Below are positions 23,066 to 35,406 of a stretch of DNA of 64,000 nucleotides, piece by piece. The translations under genes were made by a program, and so were the position numbers. Every line of letters begins with the position of its first letter. Positions within the stretch are counted from its first letter, which is position 1. Origin of the DNA: Heteronotia binoei (lineage: Eukaryota); assembly GCF_032191835.1 (NCBI RefSeq), contig NC_083235.1, forward strand, positions 15,500,001 to 15,564,000. The letters run 5' to 3'. The notes below the pieces were generated by a model. The model saw nothing but the letters and a program-made list of their open reading frames with translations. It was not told where the DNA came from and ran no database searches.

Positions 23066-23290
23066 TCAAAAGGGGATTGGATAAACATATGGAGCAGAGG
23101 TCCATCAATGGTTATTAGCCACAAAGTATAGACGGAACACTTTGTCTAGGGCAATGATGCTCTGTTTTCTTGGTGTTTTAGGGGCAACAGTGGGAGGGCT
23201 TCTGGAGTTCTAGCCCCACTGGCGGACCTGGTGATGGCGCCTGGGTTTGGGCCACTGGCCTGATTCAACATGGCTTCGCTAATGTTCTCC
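23066..23290 (+). mobile_element. CR1 3' fragment downstream of C1
   Basis: KRGLDKHMEQRSINGY-type end; duplicated at 53998-54222; minus-strand fragment at 57338-57458. Confidence 0.7.
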
Positions 23291-23359
23291 TCCTAAGTGG
23301 TAATAAAAAATGTTTTCCTCTGCCCAAAGTCTCCCAGCAGATTGCCTAGAAGGAGTCTG

Positions 23360-23950
23360 TTATTGGGCCTCCCAAGATGGGGGCACATTCGGCCGGGTCT
23401 TCGGGCTCTGCACTGGCTCCCAATAACATACCGAGTCCGGTACAAGGTGCTGGTCATTACCTTTAAAGCCCTATATGGCCTGGGACCTGCCTACCTGAAG
23501 GACCGTCTCTCCCCACATGTTCCCCAGAGAGTACTGAGGTCGGGAACTCAGAACCTTCTCACCATCCCCAGGCCTAAAGAAGTCCGTCTTAAGATAACCA
23601 GAGACAGGGCCCTTTCCATAATGGCCCCTACATGGTGGAACCAGCTGCCGGAGGAGGTGAGGGCCCTGCGGGACCTTACTCAGTTCCGCAGGGCCTGCAA
23701 GACAACCCTCTTCCGGCTAGCCTACATCTGACTGGGAAATTAATGTAGCTTATTAGACTCCTGTTAATTATATTGTATAGATTTGATGTTAAGATTTTAA
23801 GGTTTTTAGGTTTTAAATGTTCTGACTTTTTAAATGTTTATATATGTAAATGTCAATTTAAATGCTGTTTTATTGTCTGTTGTGAGCTGCCCTGAGCCAT
23901 TTTTATGGGAAGGGCGGGATACAAGTCATAGAATAAATAAATAAATAAAA
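23360..23950 (+). mobile_element. L2-type LINE 3' fragment
   Basis: HIRPGLRALHWLPITYRVRYKVLVITFKALYGLGPAYL is typical of the L2 ORF2 C-terminus; (AAAT)n tail. Confidence 0.82.
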
Positions 23951-25007
23951 TATGGTATTATAGTCCTAGAGTAGGCTTTTCATCTAATATTTCCTGCTTT
24001 ACTTGCCACCAAATCCCATTTTCGCTGGTAGAGAGATCTCACGATACTTGACGTACTTCCTGTGTTGACTGTGTATGCTGTAGGTCTGTGACGATGGTGC
24101 TCTTTTTTCAAAACCGCAAGTAGACCAAACAATAAATTCCTTCTGACTTTTTAGCACTGTCCTTTAAATTTAAAAAGTCCAAATTTCACCTCTTCTTCCC
24201 TTCTTCCAAGCTTTCTAAATTTAATTCCCCACCTTTTGAATTTATTCTGTTTAACTTTAAATAGTCCCGGAATGAAAAATAGTAATCTGTACCTTTTCTG
24301 CAAATTATCCAGATCCACACCGGTCTTGTGTAGCTTTAGATGTTTAGTAATGTCCAAGAAGGTTAGGATTCTGTCGAGTTTATGTCAAATAAATGACTCT
24401 GGAAGCTTCTGCAGATGATGAAAATGCAACTCTTCTCCGGAGACCCCTCAAAGCCTCAAAGGAGCCCCCCCCCCCGGGACTCCCTTTTAGCCAAGGTAAA
24501 TTTCCTCAAAATTTTCTGCGCATATCTTGGACTAATCTCTGTCTGAGAAAAGTAGGCTGTAGGCATTAATTTGCCTTCCACTACCCCGAACAGAAGTTCC
24601 AGCCTGCTCCTTTTATTAGAAGCAGCTCAGCTTGGCATTTTCCTACCCCGGAAGTCAGTCCCCAGATATTTCTTGAATTGTACTTGGCAACCCTAGTTTC
24701 TAATATTTTTTCCATCAGTTTTTGCTTTTTTGGCATTCCTGGTTGTTTCCAGTTTTTTGCAATTAAAATTTTGCTGCCATATGCAGGTCAGGGCTACTCC
24801 CAGGGCTTTTTTTGAGCAGGAACACAGAGGAACACAATTCCTTCTGGGCTTTTTCTATAAAAAAAGGCCCCGACCAGTCCAAACCTCTTAAGGACTCAAA
24901 ACTAGCTGTTCTACTACAAACCAACATAGCTACCCACTGAAACTTTTCATCCTGGAAGGCATGACTGTTACATGTTCCACCCATTTTATTTTCTCCCCAG
25001 CTGGACC

Positions 25008-25940
25008 ATGGAGCACGGGAATCAAACTTTTGTTCCAGGATTCATCTTGCAAGAGCTCTTCAACTGAGAGGGACATGAAGGCCTCATCTTCTTCATCCTC
25101 CTCTTCATGTATCTGCTGATCCTCTTGGGCAACCTGCTGATCGTTCTTCTGATCTGCTGTGACGCCCATCTCCTCCACACATCCATGTACTTCTTCCTCA
25201 GCTACCTCTCTCTGGCTGACATGTGTTTTGCATCTTCCACTGTCTCCATAATGCTGCGTAACCTTATTTCCCAGGACAGGGTCATCTCCTATAGTGGCTG
25301 CTTGTCTCAGATTTATTTTTCCCTGGCCTTTGGAAATAGTGACAACTTCCTGCTTGCCACCATGGCTTACGATCGCTACCTGGCGATCTGCTGTCCACTG
25401 TCCACTTCCTTGATGAACACCAAGTGTTGCCTCTTGATGGTTTCTGGGTGTTGGCTCCTGGCCCTTTTCCAGTCTACGCTGTACACCACCCTGGTCTCCT
25501 CCATCTCCTTCTGCGCATCCCAGGAGATCCCCCATTTTTTCTGTGAGTTCTACCCCGTGCTAGGCCTTGCCTGCTCCGACACCACTGCTGTCAAGCTGGT
25601 GATGCTGACAGGTGTGCTCGATATTCTGGGGCCATTTGTCTTCATCGTGGCTTCCTACGTGCGCATCTTCCTCACCCTTGTGAAGACTTCTTTGTCCACC
25701 AGCAAACACAAGGCCTTCTCCACATGTGATTCTCACCTAGCCGTGGTTATCCTCTTCTATGGCACCCTCTGCTGGATTTATACGCAGCCTACCTCTGACA
25801 ATACACAGGCTTCTCTCATGCATACTGTGGTGACTCCTATGCTCAACCCCTTCATCTACAGCCTGAGGAAGAATAAGATGAAAGGAGCTCTGAGGAGACT
25901 TCTTAGAAGGATGAGAGTCAATTGTAGGAACCAGAAGTAA
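25008..25940 (+). pseudogene. OR A2, pseudogenised copy of A1
   Basis: Aligns to A1 from ATG 25008. Codon 20 is CGA>TGA at 25065-25067. Two 3-nt deletions (PLHYT>PLST; loss of E in LTEG), plus TPMY>TSMY and CGSHL>CDSHL. Confidence 0.92.
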
Positions 25941-25987
25941 TTGATCAGTCACCTGGTATTGGGACATTATGTTGCAGTGAGTGAGAT

Positions 25988-26563
25988 TGTCATGATCTGT
26001 GCTGTGCTGTGAGACAGAGGCCTAGTGGGCCTAGGGAGCCTGTGAGGCCTGTGTCGCAGTAGAGATAGTGCCTACAATCAACAGAATGCTTGGCGCTGGT
26101 TTTAGCCAATTGGCATCCAAGTAGGCTCTGAGGAGAATGGCTTAAAAGCTCTCTCTCAAGAGAGACAAATGAGGTTCTTCCCTCCTGAGAGGTCAAGCAG
26201 GCACGATGGCTGCTGTTTAGGAGGAAGACCTTCACTCTGAGGGAGGGAGTGAACAGGCCAAGGCCTGATGCCTAACAGACAAGGGACAGTTCAGTCTAGT
26301 CGCGTTAGGGACTTTATGTTTATTTTCCTTCACCCATGTTACTTTATAGTTTTAAAGCACCTTATCTGTTCACTTGCCCTTATTAATTTTCCTGTTTAAA
26401 ATAAATCTTTTTATTTGTTCTTCTGCCTGGTCTACACACCTATTTTTTTTGGCCAAAGCAAGGGAGATCTGAAGGGCTTGGGAGGGTACTTGGGGCCTCC
26501 CTAAGTGACCCTAATTCCAGAATGGTGGCAGTGTCAGGTGGCACCCCCATCTGGGTCATGACA
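25988..26563 (+). mobile_element. Solo LTR, duplicated copy of 1731-2311
   Basis: TGTCATGA...TCATGACA termini; TSD decayed (GAGAT/GGAAT); AATAAA at 26400-26405. Confidence 0.78.
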
Positions 26564-26594
26564 GGAATAGATGACAAGATTGCATAGAGATAAG

Positions 26595-26900
26595 CAGGGG
26601 TGGAATTCAAGCAGGAGCTCCTTTGCATATTCGGCCACACACCCCTGATGTAGCCAATCCAACAAGGCTCTATTTTGTAAGCTCTTAGAGCAGGGGTGGC
26701 CAACGGTAGCTCTCCAGATGTTTTTTTGCCTACAACTCCCATCAGCCCCAACTATTGGCCATGCTGGCTGGGGCTGATGGGAGTTGTAGGCAAAAAACAT
26801 CTGGAGAGCTACCGTTGGCCACCCCTGTCTTAGAGGATCGGCTACATTGGGGTTGGGTGGCCTAATATGCAAAGGAGCTCCTGTTAGAATTCCACCCCTG
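26595..26900. mobile_element. Duplicated nested hAT MITE pair (inner 26691-26827)
   Basis: Same TIRs and TSDs as 2343-2647. Confidence 0.85.
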
Positions 26901-29350
26901 GAGATAAGGAAAATCTAGTTTCCCAAACAACCTTTACTGCTAGTGTGGCTCCAGAAAAAGTGAGCTGGTCCTGAAGAACCTCAGCCTGACTTCTTTCTTT
27001 CTTTCTAATTTAAATTTATAGACAGCCCTACCCCTGAATACACACGGCTGAGGGCGGTAAACAACATAGCAAGAAAACATTACTAGATGAAAAAAGCAAT
27101 TTAAATAATGCATAGATAAAAACAGTCTCAGATGGTGCTAACACTATGAATTCCAATTATATCACTGCCCTGTGGGTAGATGGAAAGAGGCAGGAAGAAA
27201 AGGGGGTTGCTGGATCAGACCATCTAGTCCAATATCTTGGCCTAGATCTTTCTGTTTGCCACACGAAAAAGGTGAAGCTAGTTGCAGCCCTGGGGCAGAT
27301 AGTGTGAAATCCGACGGAAGCCCAGAGGAGAAGAGGAGCATGAGAGCAGCATAAGGCTAGTGGGAAGCCAGGGCAGAGTCCTCTGTAGGCAAGACGGTTC
27401 AGTCATGAATGATGGAGCTTGAAACCAGGGCTTTTTTTTCGGGGGGAGTGCCCCAGAATGATGTTCCAAAACCTCTTTGTGGAAACAAAATTCTCAAAAA
27501 ATGTTTAAAGTTTCATGAGGGACTTAGGGGGAATATGATGTCAATTGCGAAAGGGAATTTCCCCAAATGAACCTTACTGTCGCTCTAGAAAAGTCCTCCT
27601 TGTCAGTCAAAACCAGGAGTGGCCAAACTATGGCTCGGGAGTCTCTTCCACACATTTCAAAGCCCTCGCTGCCCCGCCAGCTGGCTTGGAGAAGGCATTT
27701 GTCTCTTCAAATCATTTCTCCAAGCCAAGCCAGCCAGCAGTTTGGAGAAGGCTTTTAAAACTGCTTTTTTCCACCTCTCCCTCCCCAATCTATTTGCCTC
27801 CGTCTTTCCCTCCCTCCCTGGCTGTCTTGCAGCTCTCAAACATCTGACAGTTATTCTATGTGGCTCTTACGTTAAGAAAGTTTGGCCATGTTATTGGTCA
27901 AAACCATAACATCTTTATTGTTTATAAAAATGGTTGGGCTCCTCTTAACAGTCTTTGATTTGACAAAGTATGTTACAACATAGTTGCTTCAAGGTCATCA
28001 TTCAGCCTAAAGGCACCAAAAAGCAAGACCTGAAAAAGAAAGGAGGAAGTTGTTGACATGTCTAAAGTTTGGAAATTGCTTTAAAGTAGCAGTAAGTCTG
28101 CAGCACATTCAAATAATATTGTTTCAAGGAATCCAGTGTGTTTCTCCATTTCCCTCCTGAGAGTTCCAGCAACTCTTTTTCCAGAAAAAAAGACCTTAAA
28201 GGCCTTGCTTTTTAAATTTTTTAAAATCTTAATTTATTTAATTTATTAAGATTGTGCAAAAGATGATACAGTAATTAAAGGGGATATCCATTATATGGTT
28301 GTAGAATCGTTGCATACAGAGTACTTCAATTTAAAAAGACTGGAACTTGCAGTGGTCAATTTGAAATAACCAAAGATACCAAATATAAATGCAGTAATCA
28401 CTAAAATAGGGAAATAGGGTATACTGTAAGAAGACTCTAAAAAATACCTGCGCGATGCGGCATCACCCCAGAGTCAGAATCATTATTATTATTTATTTCT
28501 GTAAATTTATAGTCCGCCCTTTCCAATCGTGGGCTCAGGGCAGATTCCAACATGGTAAAACAATTAAAACTAACAATAAACAATCAAGCAGACAAATAAT
28601 AAAACAATCAAACCGTTAAAACAGATTTTAAAATTAAAACAGTTAAACCATGGCTCAGAATTAATTTAAGGCAGCATGGATGGGGTGGACACATCAATTA
28701 AGGCATACTTGTCACAGCTTAGGTGTCCAAAAGATGTCAACTGTATTGGCCTGATTTTGAGCAACGAGTGCAGGGAGGCCTATAAGATGGTGTAATAGGA
28801 TAAGGACGCCCGCCCGCCTCAGCCAAAGGCCTGGCGGAACAGCTCCGTCTTACAAGCCCTCTGGAATGGCAACAAATCCGGTAGGGCCCGAACCTCCATA
28901 AGAAGCTGATTCCACCAGGTTGGGGCCAAGAATGAGAAAGCCCTAGCCCTGGTCGAGGCAAGCTGGACGTCCCTTGGGCCGGACGTCCCTTGGTCAGGAG
29001 ATGTTGACTGGCCGATAGTAATGACCTCCGGGACTGGTGCTTGCACTGGGAAAACGACTGGCGTTTGCACAGGGGAATTGCCTTTTCTTTACAACAAACC
29101 AATATTTCATCTCATCCTATGTCTCAGTCAAACCAACTCTGTTGTCTAATTGTGAGTGTGAAAAAAGGAAGATGTGTGAGTATATGTTGAAAATAAGAGG
29201 TATACTGAAATATGTGGAATTGTGGGAGCTGATGTTATTAGAGGAGATGTAACTCAACAAAAGGAAGTCATTTTCCTGTGAAGTTTGTTTGTTTGGGGGT
29301 AAATTTCTGATTGTTGAAGACATCTCTCTCCCCCACTCTTCTTCCCAGCC

Positions 29351-30283
29351 ATGGCTTTTCAGAGCAACACAACTTGTTGCTATGGATTCATCCTACAAGG
29401 TCTCTCCAATCAGCCGGAACATGAGCGTCTCTTCCTCCCCATCTTCTTCTTCTTCTACCTGATGATCCTTCTAGGCAATCTGCTGATCACTCTCCTTATC
29501 TACTACAATGCCCGCCTCTACCAGACCCCCATGTATTTCTTCCTCAGCCATCTCTCATTGGTTGATGTGGGGCTTTCCTCCTCTACCATTCCCAAGTTGC
29601 TGCATAACCTACTGACTCATACCAAAAGCATATCCTATGGTGGGTGCCTGTCTCAAATGTTCTTCTTCTTGGGCTTTGGAATCACAGAAAGTTTCCTCCT
29701 GTCCTCCATGGCCTATGATCGGTACGTGGCCATCTGCCACCCATTTCGTTACGCCATTCTGATGAATCTGAGGAATTGTCTGCTCTTGGCTTCCGGCTGT
29801 TGGCTTTTGGGTTTCCTCAACTCCCTGCTCTACACTGTGCAGATGTCTCGTCTTTCCTTCTGTGGCTCCCAGGAGATCCCCCACTATTTTTGTGACCTCC
29901 ATCCTTTAATCAAGCTCTCCTGCTCTGACACCTCAGCCATTCAGATGACCACCCTCACCGAGGGGACGGTGACCATGGTGGGACCCTTCGCAGTCACCAT
30001 CCTCTCTTACGCCCTCATCTTCTACAAAGTTCTCAGGATCCCATCAGCAGCTGGGAAGTATAAAGCCTTTTCGACCTGCAGTGCCCATCTCACCTCGGTG
30101 GTTCTGCTTTTTGGAACAGTGATTGCTGTATATCTCCATCCCACCGCCACGTATTCCAGCCCCAAGGTCCGGGTGATGTCCGTAGCCTACACTGTTGTGA
30201 CGCCCATGCTCAACCCCTTCATCTACAGCGTGAGGAACTCTGAGATCCAGCAGGCTCTGAGGAAGTGCCTAGGGGTCATCTGA
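29351..30283 (+). CDS. Olfactory receptor B2 (310 aa), intact, ~99% identical to B1
   Basis: Same motifs as B1; about 10 nt differences by eye; acceptor AG at 29347-29348. Confidence 0.93.
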   Translation: MAFQSNTTCCYGFILQGLSNQPEHERLFLPIFFFFYLMILLGNLLITLLIYYNARLYQTPMYFFLSHLSLVDVGLSSSTIPKLLHNLLTHTKSISYGGCLSQMFFFLGFGITESFLLSSMAYDRYVAICHPFRYAILMNLRNCLLLASGCWLLGFLNSLLYTVQMSRLSFCGSQEIPHYFCDLHPLIKLSCSDTSAIQMTTLTEGTVTMVGPFAVTILSYALIFYKVLRIPSAAGKYKAFSTCSAHLTSVVLLFGTVIAVYLHPTATYSSPKVRVMSVAYTVVTPMLNPFIYSVRNSEIQQALRKCLGVI

Positions 30284-30310
30284 AGCCCCAGTTCTGTGGT
30301 GGCCTTTTCC

Positions 30311-33165
30311 AGAGGGAAAAGAACAGAGGGAGGGAAGGAAGGAACAGAGGGAGGGAAGGAAGGAAGGACAGAAGGAAGGAAAAGAGGGAGGGAGGAGGGA
30401 AGAAAGGAAGGAACAGAGGAAGGGAAGGAAGGAACAAAGGGATGGAAGGAAGGAAAGAAGGAAGGAACCGAGGAAGGGGGGAGGGAAGAAAAGAACAGAG
30501 GGAGGGAGTGTAAGCCTAAATGCCCTCAAAACGAGGTTTGGGAATTAGTTAGGTGGGCACCTGGCTCACTAGGAATCTTTTTACCAACTGTATACCAGGC
30601 TCAACCAGACAGAAAGTGATGCTCAATAAAAAGGATTCTAATTTAATAAAACCAATTGTAATTTATTGTGAAAAATACAGTTCTTTCATACAAGATAAAA
30701 ATACAACCACACATTCACACAGTCCTAAGAAAATACAGATAGATGGATAGGGAAACATATAAGGGTAGACACACAGGGTAATATTTACCATCGAAGTCTT
30801 CGAGGAAGGTTCCAATGGCGACATAAGAGGACAGGGGAAATGGACCCAAAACTGTGGCCAGAATTGGGGATGGATCTAGACAGCGGAACTGGGATAGTGT
30901 TAGATGCACACATGAGTGGAGTTGGGTCAGAGGTTATAAGGACTCTCTTGGACCCTCAGGGGCTGGGAGGTCGGAGGGAGGAGAAAGGGGAGGCTCTGTG
31001 ATGACCATGAAGGCTGGACATTAGCAGAGCCAATGGTGAGTCCATGGGTGGCATCTAATTGGGTGTCTGCTTTGACCAATGAACTTCACCTTAGTCCAGG
31101 GCAACCTGAAAGAATTTTCCTGCTTAGAACAGGCCATGGGGTAGCTCCGACATGAGAGATGGGAAAATGAATAGAAGTGATTACTAGGTGGGGAACACTT
31201 ACGATTAGATGGACTTATATGAAAAGGTGACAATAGGGAATCAAATACTGGCCTAGGTATCACCCGGGTTAGACAAAGACTTGGCTCATGCAGGAGATGG
31301 TCTTCCTCTTCCTTATCTTTTTCCTGGCACCCGTCTTTGTTCTGGGTTTCCTTAGACAAAAGGCTTGAGTGGTCTGGCAGGGTATGCTTGGATAAGCTTG
31401 ATCGCCTTATGCAAAAGCTGAAGCAGATGCTGGAGATGGAATCAGGAAAGGAAGATGGATTCTGGTGGTGTTAGCCTTTGGTTCATGGAAACAGGCTGGA
31501 AACATGGTGGCCTGGCTTCTTCCACTGCAGCGGCCAAGGCTGGGCACACAAGGAGTAGCTGGCAGCTCATCTGTAGTTCTGGCTAACACCAATCCAGAGA
31601 TGTAGAATGCAGCTGCAAAGCTGAGGCTTATAGTATCCACATAAGCCTTAGAAACTGTAAGCAAAGTCCACTTCTTAGAGCAGATGTGTGAGAGTCAACT
31701 CCAGGCACCCTGGCAACCATACTGGTGATCACGATGTCCATATGTATGAAAAGTAGGGGGCTTTTTCCTCACAGGAGGGAAGGAAGGAAGGAACAGAGGG
31801 AGGGAAGGAAGGAAGGAACAGAGGGAGGGGAGGGGAGGGAAGGAAGGAAGGAACAGTGGGAGGGAAGGATGGAAGNNNNNNNNNNNNNNNNNNNNNNNNN
31901 NNNNNNNNNNNNNNNNNNNNNNNNNNNNNNNNNNNNNNNNNNNNNNNNNNNNNNNNNNNNNNNNNNNNNNNNNNNNNNNNNNNNNNNNNNNNNNNNNNNN
32001 NNNNNNNNNNNNNNNNNNNNNNNNNNNNNNNNNNNNNNNNNNNNNNNNNNNNNNNNNNNNNNNNNNNNNNNNNNNNNNNNNNNNNNNNNNNNNNNNNNNN
32101 NNNNNNNNNNNNNNNNNNNNNNNNNNNNNNNNNNNNNNNNNNNNNNNNNNNNNNNNNNNNNNNNNNNNNNNNNNNNNNNNNNNNNNNNNNNNNNNNNNNN
32201 NNNNNNNNNNNNNNNNNNNNNNNNNNNNNNNNNNNNNNNNNNNNNNNNNNNNNNNACAGAGAGAGGGGGGAGGGAAGGAAGTAAGGAACAGAGGGAGGGA
32301 GGGAAGGAAGGAAGGAACAGAGGGAGGGAGGGAAGGAAGAAAGGAACAGTGGGAGGGAAGGAAGGAAGAAACGGGGGGAGGGAAGAAACGAAGGAACAGA
32401 GGGAGGGAGGGAAGGAACAGAGGAAGGGAGGAAAGGAAGGAACAGAGGGAGGGAAGGAAGAAAGGAACAGTGGGAGGGAAGGAAGGAAGAAACCGAGGGA
32501 AGGAAGAAACCGAGGGAAGGAAGGAAGGAACAGTGGGAGGGAAGGAAGGAAGAAACAGAGGGAGGGAAGGAAGGAACAGAGGGAGGAAAGGAAGGAACAG
32601 AGGGAGGGAAGGAAGAAAGGAACAGTGGGAGGGAAGGAAGGAAGAAACCGAGGGAAGGAAGAAACCGAGGGAAGGAAGGAAGGAACAGTGGGAGGGAAGG
32701 AAGGAAGAAACAGAGGGAGGGAAGGAAGGAACAGAGGGAGGAAAGGAAGGAAGGAACAGTGGGAGGGAAGGAGGAAACGGAGGGAAGGAAGGAACAGAGG
32801 GAGGGAAGGAAGAAAGGAACAGTGGGAGGGAAGGAAGGAAGAAACCGAGGGAAGGAAGAAACCGAGGGAAGGAAGGAAGGAACAGTGGGAGGGAAGGAAG
32901 GAAGAAACAGAGGGAGGGAAGGAAGGAACAGAGGGAGGAAAGGAAGGAAGGAACAGTGGGAGGGAAGGAGGAAACGGANNNNNNNNNNNNNNNNNNNNNN
33001 NNNNNNNNNNNNNNNNNNNNNNNNNNNNNNNNNNNNNNNNNNNNNNNNNNNNNNNNNNNNNNNNNNNNNNNNNNNNNNNNNNNNNNNNNNNNNNNNNNNN
33101 NNNNNNNNNNNNNNNNNNNNNNNNNNNNNNNNNNNNNNNNNNNNNNNNNNNNNNNNNNNNNNNNN
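30311..33165. repeat. Polypurine minisatellite behind B2, split by the solo LTR
   Basis: Same units at 30311-30508 and 31774-33165. Confidence 0.85.
30509..31773 (-). mobile_element. Long solo LTR (1265 bp), 4-bp TSD, specific to B2
   Basis: TG...CA ends with GGAG on both sides (30505-30508, 31774-31777). TATA-like site near 30935 and AATAAA at 30662-30667 on the minus strand. Not seen in the visible B1 or B3 flanks. Confidence 0.78.
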
Positions 33166-34272
33166 GAAAGAAAGCAATTTTAACTTTAATCCATTCTCCA
33201 AGCTCCAATTGGGTATCACGGGCTCTAAGACCCACACACTACATGTGAAAGAGCCACATGTGACCCCCGAGCTGCAGTCTGGCCACCCCTGGCCTAGTCA
33301 ATACTGAACCATTGGGGGTTGCTGGATCAGACCATCTAGTCCAATATCTTGGCCTCTGGAGGGCCAACAACACGACTGAGAGACTGAGGCCTTCATAAAA
33401 ACATAAGAAGAGCCCTGCTGGATCAGACCAGTGGTCCATCTAGTCTACTATCCTGTTTCACACAGTGGCTGACCAGTTCCTCTGGAAGGCCAATGACAGG
33501 GCAGAGAAACCAAGGCCTTCATGTGAACATAAGAAGAGCCCTGCTGGATCACACCAAGTGGTCCATCTAGTCCAGCATCCTGTCTCACACAGTGGCAAAT
33601 CAGTTCCACTGGGTGTAGGGTTGCCAGATCTGTATTGGAAAATACCTGGAGACTTTGGGGGTGGAGCCAGGAGAGGGCAGTGTTTAGGGAGGGGAGGGGC
33701 CTCAGCATGGTACAATGCCATAGAATCCACCCTTCCAAGCAGCCATTTTCTACATGGGAGTTGATCTCTGCTAGCTGGAGATCAGGCATAAAAGTGGGAG
33801 ATCTCTGGGTCCCACCTGGAGGCTAGCAACCCTATCTGGAAGGCCAAGAACAGGGCATGGAGGCTGAGGCCTTCATGAGAACATCAGAAGAGCCTTTCTG
33901 GAACAGACCAGTGGCCCATCTAGTACAACATCGTGTCTCACAAAGTGGCCAACCAGTTCCTCTGAAGGGCCAATAACAGGCCATAGAGGCCAAGTCGTTC
34001 ATGAGAACATAAGAAGAGGGGGAAGATTTAAGGAGGCCCCTCTTTCTGCATGCCCCAGTCCCAGTCCAGATTATTCCCATGTTCACTTGGGATGTACAGA
34101 TCATCAAATTTCATCACTAAAGAGGGTCCAGGGTACCCCTGGTTAAAACGTAAGGTATAATTTGTACCCTGAGTAAAGCAGATTCAAGCAAATGGGCTAA
34201 AGTAACAATAGCTATTTATGGAGGTGGCATAAGAGGGGATCTTCTTCAGATTTCCAGTCTGAAATAATAAAA

Positions 34273-35406
34273 CAGGGGTGTCAAACTCATTTGTTATGAG
34301 GGCCAGATCTAATATAAGTAAGGCCTTGTTGGGCTAGGATGTGTGTCATAAAATATAATGCCAGGTAGTGGATATATAAACTTTATAAAGGACACAAGCA
34401 AATTTTAATATATATATATTAAAAACCCCTAAAACATGTTTAAGATTAGTGCTCTTGCAATATTTTGTTTATTTAACAGTTTCTGATAACTGACACCTCT
34501 TTTTCTGAATTTTTGTATCAAAATCTGGAGACAATATCTGTGCTGTAGCAATCTTGAGTAGTCTGTTCAGGTGTTGTTCAGGTGGAAACTGCAAACCTAC
34601 TTTTGATTTATTGACATTCATTACAGAAATCTCCTGGAAAATGGTTTGAGCCTAAGACCCAGGGGAAAACGTGAAAAGGCTGGGCATTGTGAGCTTTCGT
34701 ACGTAAGTTGCTTCGTTGTCTAGTCAGCCAATGGAGAAAATAAAGCTTTGCTTTGTAGCTCCTATGCGATTGAGCAAGCCTGGCAAAGCAAGCTATGATG
34801 CAGAAAGAAGCAAGAGAGAGAGAAGGAGGCAGATGACCGTGAGTTGCTCATAGGGTTGCCAATCCCCAGGTGGGGGCAGGGATCCACCGGATTGGAGGCC
34901 CTTCCCCCACTTCAGGGTCATCAGGAAGCGGGGGGAGGGGAGGGAAATGTCTGCTTGGAACTCTATTATTTCCTATAGAGACATTTTCATAGGAAATGAT
35001 GGAGAATGGATCCTTGAGTATCTGGGACTCGGTGGGGGGGCTGATTTTTGAGGTAGATGTACTGAATTTTCAGCATAGCATCCACTACCTCAACCCAAAA
35101 GACCCGCCAAGTTTCAAAAAGATTAGACCAGAGGATCCAATTCTATGAGCCCCCAAAGAAGGTGCCCCTATCCTTCATTGTTTCCTATGGAAGAAAGGCA
35201 TTGAAAAGGTGTGCGGTCTCTTGAAGTGTGACATCCAGAACTTCAATGATGCTTGCTCCTGGCTTCACTCCCAAAGTCTCCTGGCTCCAGTTCCGAAGTC
35301 CCCAGATATTTCTTGAATTAGACTTGGCAACCCTAGTTGCTCGTGGGCCTGATAGAAGCCCTCCGGGGGTCTGATCTGGCCTCGGGCCACATGTTTGACA
35401 CCCTTG
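34273..35406. mobile_element. Unit II copy of the nested hAT elements (inner 34851-35335)
   Basis: Same TIRs and TSDs as 7015-8100. Confidence 0.82.

Larger units (their letters stand above)
387..23321 (+). repeat. Segmental duplication unit I (A1-B1-C1)
   Basis: Collinear high-identity match to 24657-27243 plus 33314-54253, including shared nested TEs. Homology starts at agtccccagatatt and ends at ttcctct. Confidence 0.9.
27244..33313 (+). repeat. Third copy of the B-gene block inserted in unit II
   Basis: Matches about 11560-16880 and 40100-43565; bounded by identical 42-bp repeats at 27202-27243 and 33314-33355. Confidence 0.85.

Noticed and set aside
23297-23731. 144-aa ORF as a host gene
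   Set aside because: It is the L2 ORF2 C-terminal fragment followed by an L2 tail.
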